Source: Elsinoe ampelina (taxonomy: Eukaryota). From it: a DNA stretch of 64,000 nt. The notes under the pieces were generated by a model. That model did no database searches. It was given only the letters and a program-made list of their open reading frames with translations, and was not told where the DNA came from. Location of the stretch: assembly GCA_010093995.1 (NCBI GenBank), contig ML992504.1:1330885-1394884 (forward strand). The letters are read 5' to 3'. Positions 23,773 through 35,243 of the stretch are shown piece by piece (the stretch's first letter is position 1; each line of letters starts with the position of its first letter). Made by a program: the position numbers and the translations under genes.

Positions 23773-25395
23773 ATGGACCTATCCAAGGTCGACTACTGGC
23801 TGTATCTGGTGACAGATAACACGCCAGCTATCCTGGGTGGGAGAGATCTGATCGATGTTGTCAAGAAAGCTGTCGAGGGAGGTGAGGCTTGGTTCCCTGA
23901 GCACGTGTTTAACTAGTGACTGACGTATTCAGGTACTACTATTGTTCAGCTTAGAGACAAGACAAGCGAAACGTCAGAACTTATTCGAATCGCCACACAG
24001 CTTCGAGAGATCTGTCACAACCACAATGTCCCGCTTATCATAAACGACCGGGTCGACGTAGCGCTTGCTTCCGATGCCGACGGGGTCCATCTTGGACAGG
24101 ATGACTTTGACGTCGTCAAGGCCCGCCAACTTTTCGAGAAGCTCGGTAAGAAAGCCATCATTGGAGCGACAGTCTGCTCTATAGAGGAAGCAAAGAATGC
24201 CTGCAGCGATGGTGCCGACTACCTGGGCATCGGCACCGTCTTCGCTACTCCCACCAAGGAAAACACAAAGTCTATCATCGGTACAGCAGGGACGCAAGCC
24301 ATTCTTGCGGCCATCGAGGATCTGTCACCGCCAGTCAGGACCGTTTGCATAGGAGGCATCAATGCCAGCAACCTGCAGCGTGTCATATATCAAAGCACCA
24401 CCGCAAAAGGCACGCGGCTTTCTGGTGTCGCTGTAGTGTCTGCAATCATCGCCGCCACTGATCCGGCCTCGACATCTCGTGAGCTGAGATCTCTAATCGA
24501 CTCCTCTCCTGCCTTCGTCCACTCTGCATCCACTCCAGCGTCGCTCACCGATTTCTCCATCACTTCCGCAGTCCCCACAATCATCGCTCGCATGGCTAAT
24601 GCCAAACCTTTATGCCACAACATGACCAACCTCGTGGTTCAGAACTTTGCCGCAAACGTTGCCATCTGCATTGGCGCTTCTCCGATCATGTCCAACAATG
24701 CCGCAGAAGCAGCTGACCTTGCCGACCTTGGCGGCTCTCTCGTCATCAACATGGGAACAACGACACCCGACGTCCGTGCAGCTCATCTCACAGCTGTCAA
24801 AGCATACAACGCTGTTGGTGGACCAATTCTACTCGATCCTGTCGGTGCAGGCGCCACAGCTCAACGTCGCGAGGGCACTCGTGCACTGCTCGCCGGTGGA
24901 TACTTCGATGTGATCAAGGGGAACGAAGGGGAGATCAGGACCGTTGCTGGGGCACAAGGAGTGAAGCAAAGAGGTGTAGACAGCGGCGCTGCCACACTTG
25001 ACCTGGCAGGCAGGGCAGGACTGGTCAAGGAAGTCGCACAACGTGAGAGGTGTGTGGTGCTCATGACTGGCGAGACCGACGTGGTGTCAGATGGCCAACG
25101 GACCGTGGGAATCAGTAACGGCCACAAGCTGCTGGGAGAGATCACCGGCAGTGGCTGCACATTGGGTACGACGATAGCAAGCGTTCTGGCTGTTCAGCGG
25201 GAAGACAAGCTGCTAGCTGTTGTGGTTGCTCTGTTGATGTATGAGATCGCCGCTGAAAGAGCAGCAAGCAAAACAACTGTCAAAGGACCAGGGACGTTCG
25301 TGCCTGCATTTCTGGACGAGCTGTATGCGATCCGAGAGGAATGCTTGAAGGATGACGGTAAGTGGGTGGAGGCTGCCAAGATCCAATTCTTCTAG
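23773..25395 (+). CDS. THI6: Bifunctional thiamine-phosphate synthase / hydroxyethylthiazole kinase
   Basis: VDYWLYLVTD..G|TTIVQLRDK, LIINDRVDVAL...GVHLGQDD (ThiE), then PLCHNMTNLVVQNFAANV, LLDPVGAGAT, IKGNEGEI, ITGSGCTLG (ThiM); intron 23882..23932. Confidence 0.95.
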
Positions 25396-25450
25396 CCACG
25401 ATGATGTAAATATCTGGACAATGTCAAACCTCATGAGCCTGTATCAGACG

Positions 25451-26906
25451 TTACAACTTCGCCTTGTCCTCCCCCAACACACTTTGAACAAGCCCCTCAA
25501 CCTCCTTCGCCAACCCTACACTATTCTGATACCCCGCCCCATCCACCCCATAAGCATGCACCACCCTGAAACCCCCCACCCTCTCCACCTCCACCCTCGC
25601 ACCCCCTTCCCTCCCCGGCCTAAACCCAGCCTGCGCACTCACAACCTCAAACCCCCCATCCCTCCCCGTCAACAACTCCGGCGCCAACCCCTTCGCCCCC
25701 TCCAATATCCGTCTCGTCACCTCCTCACTCACCCTCTCATCCCACGTCCCCACCTCCTTCGTCCCACCCAACACCGTCGTCCCCGACCCCGGCCTCGGGA
25801 TCACATAAGCAATATACCCCTCCCCCAACCGCGTCCAAATCGCATCCGCCTCCCCCCTAACCAACACCGTCTGGCCCTTGACAGGCCTACACTTCTCATC
25901 GCCACACAATTTCCCCGCCCCCAACCCCGTCGCATTGATAAACACATCCCCCTCCCTCCCTGTAATCCTCCTCACCGTCGCCCTCGCCACCTCCAACGCC
26001 CCCACCAGCCCGCGATCAACAGGCACCGTCGCGCGGATAAAAACCCCTCCCTTCTCCACCACCCTCTCCCTGAGCCAAGTGAGATAAACCGGCACATTCA
26101 CCGCCACAGCATCAAACCTCGCCGCGGCCTGGACCCTCGTCCCCTGCCCTCCCTGACCTCCTTGCCCTCTCCCTCTCCCTATCCCCGCCTCCTCCACCCC
26201 CCTAACCACCCCTCCCCCCACCGCCACCGTCTCAAACCCCCCCACCTCCCCGGCCCACCACAGAATCCCCCCCTCCGGATCCCGGTCCCAAAAACTCAAA
26301 CTCTGCACCACCTCCAGCCCGAGCTCGCGTCGCGCCCGCACCGTCTTCGCCTCGTCGATCAGCGCCCGCCACGCGTGGTACGTCGCCGTGTCCCATTTGC
26401 GTTGGCGCAGGTCCGAGGACGAGGCGTGGGTCCGCCAGTGCGCGCCCGCCCGGGGGGAGGTGTAGTGTGGGGAGGTGTCGCCGGGGAGGTGTGTGGCGAG
26501 GAGGGTTACGGTGTTGTTGGAGGGGGCGGAGGAGAGGAGGGTGAGGGCTGTTTGGAGGGCGATGACGCCTGCGCTGGGAGGGGGGGGGTTAGTTGGGGTT
26601 AGGGAGGAGGGGGGGGATGGAGGGATGGGAGGGGGGGGATGGAGGTGTGAGAGGAGGGGAGGAGAGGGGGGTGGTAGAGGGGGCCGAGGCGAGGGGAGAG
26701 GTGGGGTTGGGGTGAGGAGAGGTCTGGCAGAGGAGGAAAACCGGATATAGGAGGGAAAGAGATGAGATTGGCTTAGTCTGCTGCGTATGAAAGGGGATTA
26801 AAGTAGCAGTAAAGTGCTACCCGGCAGTGGTGAAGGAGCGTGGTAGTGATAGTAGAAAAGGCGACATGGGAAGAGAGACGTACCCGATGATCACTACGTG
26901 CGGCAT
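25451..26906 (-). CDS. D-amino-acid oxidase family FAD oxidoreductase, peroxisomal
   Basis: Exon 1 26906-26884 MPHVVIIG; intron 26883..26574; then AGVIALQTAL, YTSPRAGAHW, INATGLGA, PVKGQTVLVR, GFRPGR, VHAYGVDGAGYQNSVG; C-terminal AKL PTS1. Confidence 0.9.
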
Positions 26907-27199
26907 GTTTTGGGACAACAAAGACTAGCTGTTAGAACAGAAATGCGTGTTATATCTGATGGGATAAATCGGCAGGAGGTGAGAATTGATATGCTGACAT
27001 GGTCGGCCGTTCCGCCGCATCAGCTCGGCGAAATGCTTGGATGCCGAGGAGAATTTCTTCAACAACCAGCATATTCATATTTGTTGGGTGCGGTCAAGCT
27101 ACGTCGTGGGGAGATCTGTGGTATGATGATAGTCAAAGATATTCACATTTATACATATTAGCTGGTATTATCTACATCCCTGGCTCTGTGCCTCGTTGT

Positions 27200-29249
27200 T
27201 CATACAACCTCCTTTACACCCTCTACACCATTCTCTCCAACCCTCTTCTCGTTTACAGGTGTTTGTTCCTCGTCCTCGTCTACTTTCTGTTCCTCAAAAG
27301 GATTCCCTACCCGGTTCGGGGGTGTGCTGAGCTTCACAGCCGGCGTCTCCTTCCCTGGCGCTTGTACGAGCACTACGTTTCCATTTCCTGCTTGGCTGCC
27401 TTTTTCGCCTTGTCCACTTCCTTGGCTATTGTTTCTCCTCTCTTCCTCTTTGCTCCGTGTCTCCTTGTCAGCCAGTATTTGCGCTTCTCGTAGTACAGTA
27501 GGCACTACACCCCCTCCCAGCCTACACCAGAACATCCTCTCCCGCAATCGCACGCCCTCCTCCCATGCTGCGCGCATCTCCTCTTCATTTGCTGCCTTCC
27601 AGGTCCCGTCTCGACACATCCGCAAGAATGCAGCGAAATCGCATGTGGCGCGCAGGCGGTTGACGCACCATTCACAAAGCGGGTATCGTTGGGCGGACGG
27701 ATCTTCGCTTGTCCGGAACCTATGCCTTCGTGCGTAGATATCCTGTCTACGGTCTTCTCCGCACAATGCACAGGCGTAGACGGGCCCATAGAGTTTTGAT
27801 GAGGTCGCAAAGGGCTCAATCACCAGAGCACCGGCCGTGATGGAGGTCAAGACAGTCCGTCTGGCGAGCCATGAAAGTCCGGGAGCAAGATCGAGTCTTA
27901 GTGTTGGCTCGATATCCTCTGTCAGCGCGCGCTTGAAGAACTTCGAGTCCTTCAGCGGCGGCAGTGCAGGCGAGCCAGGTGCGCCAGGCGATGTTATCGA
28001 GGGCACAAGGGGACTATTGAAGGATCCGGGCAGGTGCGGCGATGAAGACGATGCAGCTGGATTTGAGGCCAGATTCGATGGAGACCGATTCACGATGTTG
28101 CCAGAAGAAGACCTCTGGTGTGTTACAGAATTAATCGCTCGAGAGGTCCTGATCAATTCGGAAAAGTCGTTGTATGCTGGCAAGTCCGTACGAAGCACGG
28201 GATGTAGTAGTTGAGCGAAACGAAGCGGATGGTCGGGCGCAATCTCACCCGGCATGCCTGGCGACAATGGTAGGGCGTCCAAAATACGTGACATCTTGTT
28301 CGCATCGGTAGCTGGCGTCGAAGGTGCAGTCGCAAGTTGCGGAAGTGGTTCGTTGACATCGCGTTCCGATCCCAGCCTCTCCATTACGCCCTTCAGATCC
28401 TGAAGCTGCTCCTGTTGAGATTCGAGCAGAGTTTCGGTATCCTGTAACTGTGATCGCAATTGCGCGGTACGTCGCTCTGCAGCTTCGCTTTCTTTGCGCG
28501 CGTCCGCCACCATCTATGCAGGATTAGCGCCAATTCATGCCGTTCTTGTTTATTGTCCATACCGTATTCGCCTCTTCGAACAATGATGCCGTGAGGTTCT
28601 CCAGCTCCGTCTCTATTCCTCTCTTGGCTCTATCAGACGCCTCTCGCTCCCTTCGCGCTTCTTCCAGCTCTGTCCTCATCTGTTGTATTTGCTCATCCAC
28701 CTCGGCCTTCTTGACAAGCACGCCCGTCTCGATGTCCGCGGCATGCTTCTTTGCATCTGCTTCCAGCTCTTCTATCCTCTTCCGTGACGCCTCAAGCTCC
28801 ACCCGAACGTGTTGCAGCGAGTCGTCCAAGTTCGTGCTATGGTTAATAGCATTGATCAACTTGGTGCTGAGCATCGACACCTCCCCACTCAGGTCATTCT
28901 CCGACGCGGGCGAACGTAATCTCGGTGTCGGACTAGGCGTGCGAGGATCCGGTAATGTGTTGAGGAATTCTGAATCTATAGGCGTAGCTCCATTCGAGTG
29001 CGGCATGTTCGCGACAGCTGCCATGTTGGGTACTTCGTTGGCGGACTTTGCTCGTGTGACGATGGTGCGTACTTGTAGCTTGTCGGAAGTCTGCGGTCTG
29101 GACTCGGGCAAGGTAGAAGAACCGCCGGAAGGAATGTTGAAGCTGGCCATGACATGCTGGTTAGTTCTCCAGAACATGATGCTTTTGCGCGCTTCGCATT
29201 TACAGAACAAATGCAGGGTAGGAAGCTAAAGGCAAACTCACTCTGCCAC
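27200..29249 (-). CDS. SEC2: Rab guanine-nucleotide exchange factor Sec2 (start uncertain: GTG 29249, ATG 29150 or ATG 29024)
   Basis: LSTKLINAINH..LDD, coiled coil IETELENLTASLFEEANT|MVADAR (intron 28562..28514), EDIEPTLRLDLAPGLSWLARR, CALCGE...YPLCEWC. Confidence 0.9.
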
Positions 29250-29888
29250 TTTTGCGGTGTTTGCACGCACCCCTCCAACGCTTTCGAGCGTGGAAGATGC
29301 GGTTTAAAATGAGGTTATCAGATTATATTTCTGGCCGTTGGGTGTCGATAGAAGGACGTTGGAACCTGAGAAAGTGGTCTAGCTGGTGAAACGGAGTCTG
29401 GAAGGAGTGTAAGGCAGCAGCCATTATTGTGCGAAGCGGGTCATGCCAGTGAAGGTATAGCAAGGAGTGACAATGGTGGAAGAGTAAATAGGCCGATCGC
29501 ATAGCCTGTCACGAGCCTGCGCACTTGACATTCGGATGGACCTGTCACACCTCGACCTCAGCCAATCTCCAGCCGCGCCATTTGACGGATGGGGAAACTG
29601 GCTGCAGGCTACAAACCTAAATATTGTTGCTAACCCACAACCAAAAGTCATTTTAAAAACTACCATAACCTCAACGCAGCATTCCTCCATCAAGAACTCA
29701 TTGCCATCAAGGCTGGTAGTACACAGTAGGTAAGATCGAACAAGTTCTGAATTGAACATTATGAAATTATACACTCTGTCTGTCGAGACTGGTCTTTGCT
29801 CCTTCGCTGGGAAGCTTTTTTCCTTCTTCTTAACAACAAAATATCCCCGCCATAATCATGAATGGTATCGTGAGAAAATGGAAAGAAT

Positions 29889-32644
29889 TTACACCGCACA
29901 TCCCTTGTCATAGTAGACGTCCGCCGAGGTCTCGTCGGCGGTGACGTGAGCCTCATTATACTGTCCATACACCACACAGTAGGTCTCTGCGTAGATGCTG
30001 AAGGATCCACAGGCTGCGTCGGCGCTGCACGTTTGGGCGCAGGAAGCGAGATCAGTCGTAGGGACACCGTATAGTGGCGCGGTCGAGGAGGTGCCTGCGA
30101 GACCGCACTGGATCTGAGCAGGAGGAGTTGGGGCGGTGACTGGTGGGAGGGTTGGCGGGGTTCCCGAGAAGCAGCTTCGGTCAGAGAAGACGATGGTATT
30201 GTCTGTGCTGGGAGTGACGTGGCTGGTGAATGGCTGGTTGTAGAGAGCGCAGATGCCAGTGGACACACCGAGGGTGAGGCACGAAGCGTCGTTCAAGCAC
30301 TCGGCAAGGCAGACCTGGTAGTCGCTGGTGAAGAGAACCTTTGTTGGCGACAGATTGGTAATTCCTCCCTGAGTGCAGGTGGCAGCCGGCGGGGATGTCG
30401 TGGTAGTACTTGGAGCAGAGGTAGTCGTGGAAGTGATCATTGTGGACGGGGTCGTCAGAGAAGAGGAGGCACTAGTGGTAGTTGAGGATGTGGTTGTAGT
30501 GGTTGTGACGGTGACCTCGGTCGCGCAGGCCACGTCGTAGAAGGTGAAGTCGCTTGTGTCAACAGCGTCTGCAGCATCGACTACTGCGAGAGGATAGCAT
30601 GCACATTGGAGAGCGTTAAATGCGAAGCACTTGGAATCGGGCTGAGCAGAACAAAGGGCCTTGCAAGCAGCAAAGTTGGCATTGTTGCCGGAGCCGTCAA
30701 AATAGTTGGTCAGGACGCCAGCTTTAGCGAATCCTCTTTGGCCACAAGTTGTCGGACTCGGTGCAGGGGTGCTGCTAGTGGTCGTCGTTGTAGTGGTGCT
30801 GGATGGTAGATCTGATGTAGTCGTGGTAGTCGTGCTGGACGGGAGATCAGAAGTGGTGGTCGTCGTCGTACTTGAAGGAGCTTCGGCACTGGTAGTCGTA
30901 GTTGTGCTTGACGGGACGTCAGAAGTCGTAGTCGTAGTTGTAGTAGGCTCTGCGGTCGAAGAGGTAGATTCCGAAGTTGTGGTAGTCGTTGTTGTAGCTG
31001 ATTCTGTGGTGGAAGTGGTAGAATCAGAGGTAATAGTGGTGGTCGTCGAAGTCGCCTCTGCGCTGCTAGAGGTTGTGCTCGTTGTGGTAGAGCTCTCCTC
31101 GGATGTTGTCGAGGTGGTCGATGTGGTGGAAGTGACTGGATCATATGTGAACGACGCTGTAGACTCTGATGTTGTGCTTGGTGGAGCGGTGTATGACGAG
31201 TAGCTGGAAGAAGTCGTCTCACTCGATGTAGGCTCAACGGTGGATGATGATTGAGGCGCTGAGTATGAAGAGCTCGTGGTGGTAGCAGCCTCTGTAGTCG
31301 ACGACGTCTGGTCAACTGTAGTGGAAGGTTGCTCGGACGATGACGATGACGAGGGGCTGGCAGTCTCCGAGGTGGTCGTCGTCGGACTTGGCTCGTGGCT
31401 AGCGGATGACTCTGACGATGTTGTGCAAGTCGTCGTGGTGGGGATAGAATCTGCAGTAGTCGAAGGTGAAGAGCTGGTGGTTATATCACTGCTCTCAGCA
31501 GCTGTGGTGGAAGAGGAGACCGAGTCGCTTGAAGACGAGTAAGAGCTGGGGGAGCTACTCGTTGTTACAGGCGCTACATCAGTGGACTGCGAAGTCGTGC
31601 AACTAGTCGTGGTCGATGTCTGATCCGAGCTGGACGACTCCGAAGGATAGTGCGTGACTGGGGGAACTGTCTCAAGCGTCGACGATGACGAGACGGCGTC
31701 GACAGTGGTCGAGCTAGCAGGAGGCAAAGTCTGGGTCGTCAAAGAACTCGACCCAGCATCGTACGTGGATACTGAGGTTGTCACAGGTGACTCAGACGGC
31801 AGTGTCGCGCTGGTAGAAGACGCGCTCCCAGCAGTGCAGGAGGTGCTGCTTGATACGGGCACATTGCTCGTCGAAGGTGAAGCAGACGACGACGGGACTG
31901 TGCTCTGCTCGTAGTCCGATGCTGATGTTGTTGGGAACGCGCTTGGCAGAGTGGCGCTCGTCAAGACATATGATTCGGAACAGGATGTTGATGTTGACGC
32001 GAGCGGGAGCGTGAAGGACACGGAGGTCGCGGGGACATCGCTTGGGGATGGGCCGCTGGGAGAGCCTGATGGTACCGAGTCTGCGGTCGAGCTACTTGCG
32101 GCACCCGAAGTCGTCACGACGATGGTGGTTGTCTGGGAGGGATACTGAGCAACAGGAGTTGACGGGCTGTAGGTAGGCAAGGCGGAGGTCTTCTTGGTGG
32201 TCTTCTTAGTGGTGGTCGTGGGACTGGTAGGCCATTGTCCCTTTTTGGCGCAGCACTTTGCGTAGAACTCCAAGTTGCCCTTCTTGTGCTTGATCACTGA
32301 CCAGATGCTGAGATCAGATCAGTGACAGTTCAGGTCAAGATGATTGCGATTACTTACGGCGTCTTGTAGTGCTTGCAGTACCCATCGCCAACAGAGAAAG
32401 AGTCACACTTGCGATCGGCCAAACAGTGAGCAGCACAAGCACCAGTGTCCTTGTACTTCTTGTTCTTGCTCTTCCAGTAAGGGGCGAAGCTCTTGTGAGG
32501 AATTTGCTTGCCACGAACAGCGCAGGCACTGCTCGGACAGTAGTCCTTCTCGTTGAACTTTTTCGGCGAGTGCCTCTCCTCGAGATCACCAATAGGTGAT
32601 GCGGCGGCCAAAGAGGCCACCAAAGCAATATTAAGAAGCTTCAT
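29889..32644 (-). CDS. Secreted Ser/Thr-rich mucin-like protein with four Cys-rich PAN/Apple-like modules
   Basis: Signal peptide MKLLNIALVASLAAA; intron 32357..32308; one N-terminal and three C-terminal C..xC..xC.SF/.F...C..Y modules flanking a Ser/Thr stalk of about 500 aa. Confidence 0.8.
30770..30960 (-). repeat. Coding tandem repeat, units of about 36 nt encoding (SD[L/V]PSS|AEAPSS)TTTTTT
   Basis: TTTTTTTSDVPSSTTTTTSAEAPSSTTTTTTSDLPSSTTTTTTSDLPSSTTTTTTT in the translation; synonymous divergence between units. Confidence 0.7.
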
Positions 32645-33749
32645 GGTTGAAAGAGACACACAAAAGCGAACGTGTGGTATAGCGAATGACTGAGGAAGAC
32701 CCTACCTTTCGCAAAAGGGCGAACACGCTTCTGTCTATATTTGCATCCCATGGCAAGCCCGAGACTGAGGCGCGTGGCATCAGCGCCATCCATGGTACCA
32801 AAGGATTCCCAAAAGTTTGTCAAAGGAAGCGTGCATACGAGAAGCCATGGCCGCTAGTAGGGTCGAAGCGGGTTTTCCGGGGCGATATTGGGCGAGGGAA
32901 GGTTCAGGCACAGACTGGCCTCTGGGAAGCCCGGAGGTTACCCGGACAAATCATGAGACGGCGCTGGACCCATGGAAGGGGATCGCACCTGGTTTGAGGC
33001 TGGTTTGCCGCTGTCAAGGCGTGCGAGTTCCCTGCATCCGGTCAAGTTCCCGCAAACTAGGCCCACAGTCTCGCCAAAACAGGGCTTTATGTGGTAATGA
33101 GGCTCCCAAATTTGGACGTCGATTGTTTATGGCTTTTTCTTCACTTCAATAATCCCTCGGCCTCAGTGCGGGAGATGAAAGATGTAAGCAATCCGTATTC
33201 ATTCCATCTCGTCATTATTTCCCCACTCCATGAACATGATGTCGACCGGGACGTTGGCACGTTGGACACGTTGAGGGAAAGGCCCGGGGTCGGGATAAAC
33301 GGCCTTCTTTGACGACGAGGACGAGCGCATGGCCGTTCTAATTTTGCAGGTTTCACCCACGCATCTTCGCTGCAATGCAAACGGCCCCTAAGACATGCAT
33401 GGCGACTGCATGTCGTGACTCTCGCCTCTCCCGACGCCTGATCCTGTCGCCAAATGCCCACGAGTGGATCTCGTGCTTTATGCCCGTTGTCTCGAACGTC
33501 ACTGACGTCCTCAACTTGCCGCGGTGAGACCAGAAGAGTCTGCTTACGGCCTAATGCGGCGCAGACTAATGCTCTCCTGTTTGTCACGCCACAGACAGAA
33601 GCAAAAGAGCAACATGATGATCCCAGGCGGCATGCCAACGTGCTCTCGCAAAGGCAGCGTGGGAGTGCCGTGTTCCAGACATACCATGATTTTGTTCCTC
33701 GATGTCAAGCAACGCAGGATCTATAGTCGGAAATAATGATAGTGAGACA

Positions 33750-34882
33750 TTAAGCATCCCCGGCCGCTTTAGCCGCATGCCCTGGTAGTTTACCAAGCTT
33801 CTTCGCCTCCACTTCCACCGCGTCCTTTACCTCTTCTCTCAATCCATGTCGCTTGGGCTGCCAACCCAACAACTTCCTCGCCCGAATAGCCTTACACCTA
33901 CTATTCGCCCCCCAGAGAATATGTCCCCCACCAGTCGCCTGTATCGCCTCCTCCTTATTCAACTCCCTCACCACCTCACTCTTCGCCAAGCCCAACTTCC
34001 TCACCTCCTCAAGCACCCACTCACTCACATCCCCCCAATAAAACTCCCCATCCTCAGCAAAATAATACCCTTCCCTCCCCCACGTCGCCTTCCCCCCACC
34101 CACCACCGCCTCCTCCACCAACCTCACAAACAAATCCGCCAAATCCCCCACATGCACCCCAGTCCACCTCGCCCTCCCCTTCCCAACCCTCACCCCCTCC
34201 CCCCTCTCCACCGTCACCCTCGCCAGCTCAGGCACCTGCATACTCCTCGTATTCCCCGCCCCCCTCCCCCTCCCATAGATACAAGGCGGACACACCACCG
34301 CGGTCCTCACCTTCCCCGCTCGCCCAGCGTCATCGTCCCCAGCAGCCAGCACAATCTTATCCACCCCCCTATGCAGCGCCTGATCCGGCAAACTCGTCAC
34401 CGCCCCAACACCCTCCCAATCATCATACACCTCCCCGCTCTCCTCCCCGTACGTGTCCCTGTCCACATCCTTCCACGTCAGTATCCCCGTTCCAGAGAGG
34501 TGGATCCAAAACCCCACTTGTCCGCCGGGCTTGCTCCTCAGTCCCTCCGCGATAGCCCGGGCCGAAGACACGTCGTCGGCGTCGGCGAGGTGCAGGACGA
34601 TGTCGGCCGCGCGGGCTTCGGAGGTGATCAGGGAGGTGGAGGAGAGGTCGCCGTAGACGAGGCGCAGGGTGGGGTGGGTCGCGGCGAGGGAGACGGCGCG
34701 GGGCCCGGAGCGCACGAGGGCTGTGTAGGAAAAGTCCGGGTGGAGGGAGAGGAGGGCGTGCAGGGCGTCGCCGCCTATGTAGCCTGTTGCGCCGGTGCTG
34801 GGTTGGGGTTAGTGGGGATACTGGGGAAAGGAAGGGGGGAGAAGGGAGGAAGGGGGGAGGGGTACATGAAGATTTTGACCAT
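33750..34882 (-). CDS. NAD(P)-binding epimerase/dehydratase-like (atypical SDR) protein
   Basis: Exon 1 MVKIF(I), intron 34865..34798, then TGATGYIGGD; WIHLSGTG, VCPPCIYGRG, VHVGDLADLF, RARKLLGW. Confidence 0.88.
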
Positions 34883-35243
34883 CTTTGTGGAGGCTGGTAG
34901 GGCGGTTGATGAGTGGAAGGTGTGGTAGGTAGGAGTAGAGGATGGGAGCTCAGATTAATGAGCTGCGGAGGATAAGTAGATGTGAGCTGCGGCTTGGGAT
35001 GGGCCGTTGGTCATGGAGGGGCAGCATGGAGGGGCAGCCAACGTCTTGAAGCTCCATCCTTGCGCCACGTCACTGTTGCTCAACAGTCACTTCACCGATG
35101 CATACACGTGAGATGCAAATCCTGCGTAATCGTAAAGTGTATTGATATTATGCTAGTGACATGCAAATCATTCCTGGGTATCATGAGTCCCCCTCTTCCC
35201 TCTTTGAATTCCTGAGCATCACAGCCCAGACCTCTTCTTCTGA

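Noticed and set aside
23882..23932. Possible TPP riboswitch in the THI6 intron
   Set aside because: The intron is only 51 nt and lacks the aptamer core; fungal TPP riboswitches are known from NMT1/THI4-type genes.
25352..26602. 416-aa Pro/His/Arg-rich ORF antisense to DAO
   Set aside because: By-product of the extreme C skew, which removes stop codons; the opposite strand encodes a clear DAO.
26588..26603. GGGTTAGGG telomere-like motif
   Set aside because: A single unit inside a G-rich intron tract next to the branch point; not a tandem telomeric array.
23773..26906. THI6 next to a DAO-family oxidase, suggesting a ThiO-like thiamine cluster
   Set aside because: Fungi make thiazole via Thi4, and this oxidase has DAO motifs and a PTS1. 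The convergent adjacency is probably coincidental.
33846..34928. 360-aa Pro/His-rich ORF antisense to the epimerase-like gene
   Set aside because: Same skew artefact; no recognisable motifs.
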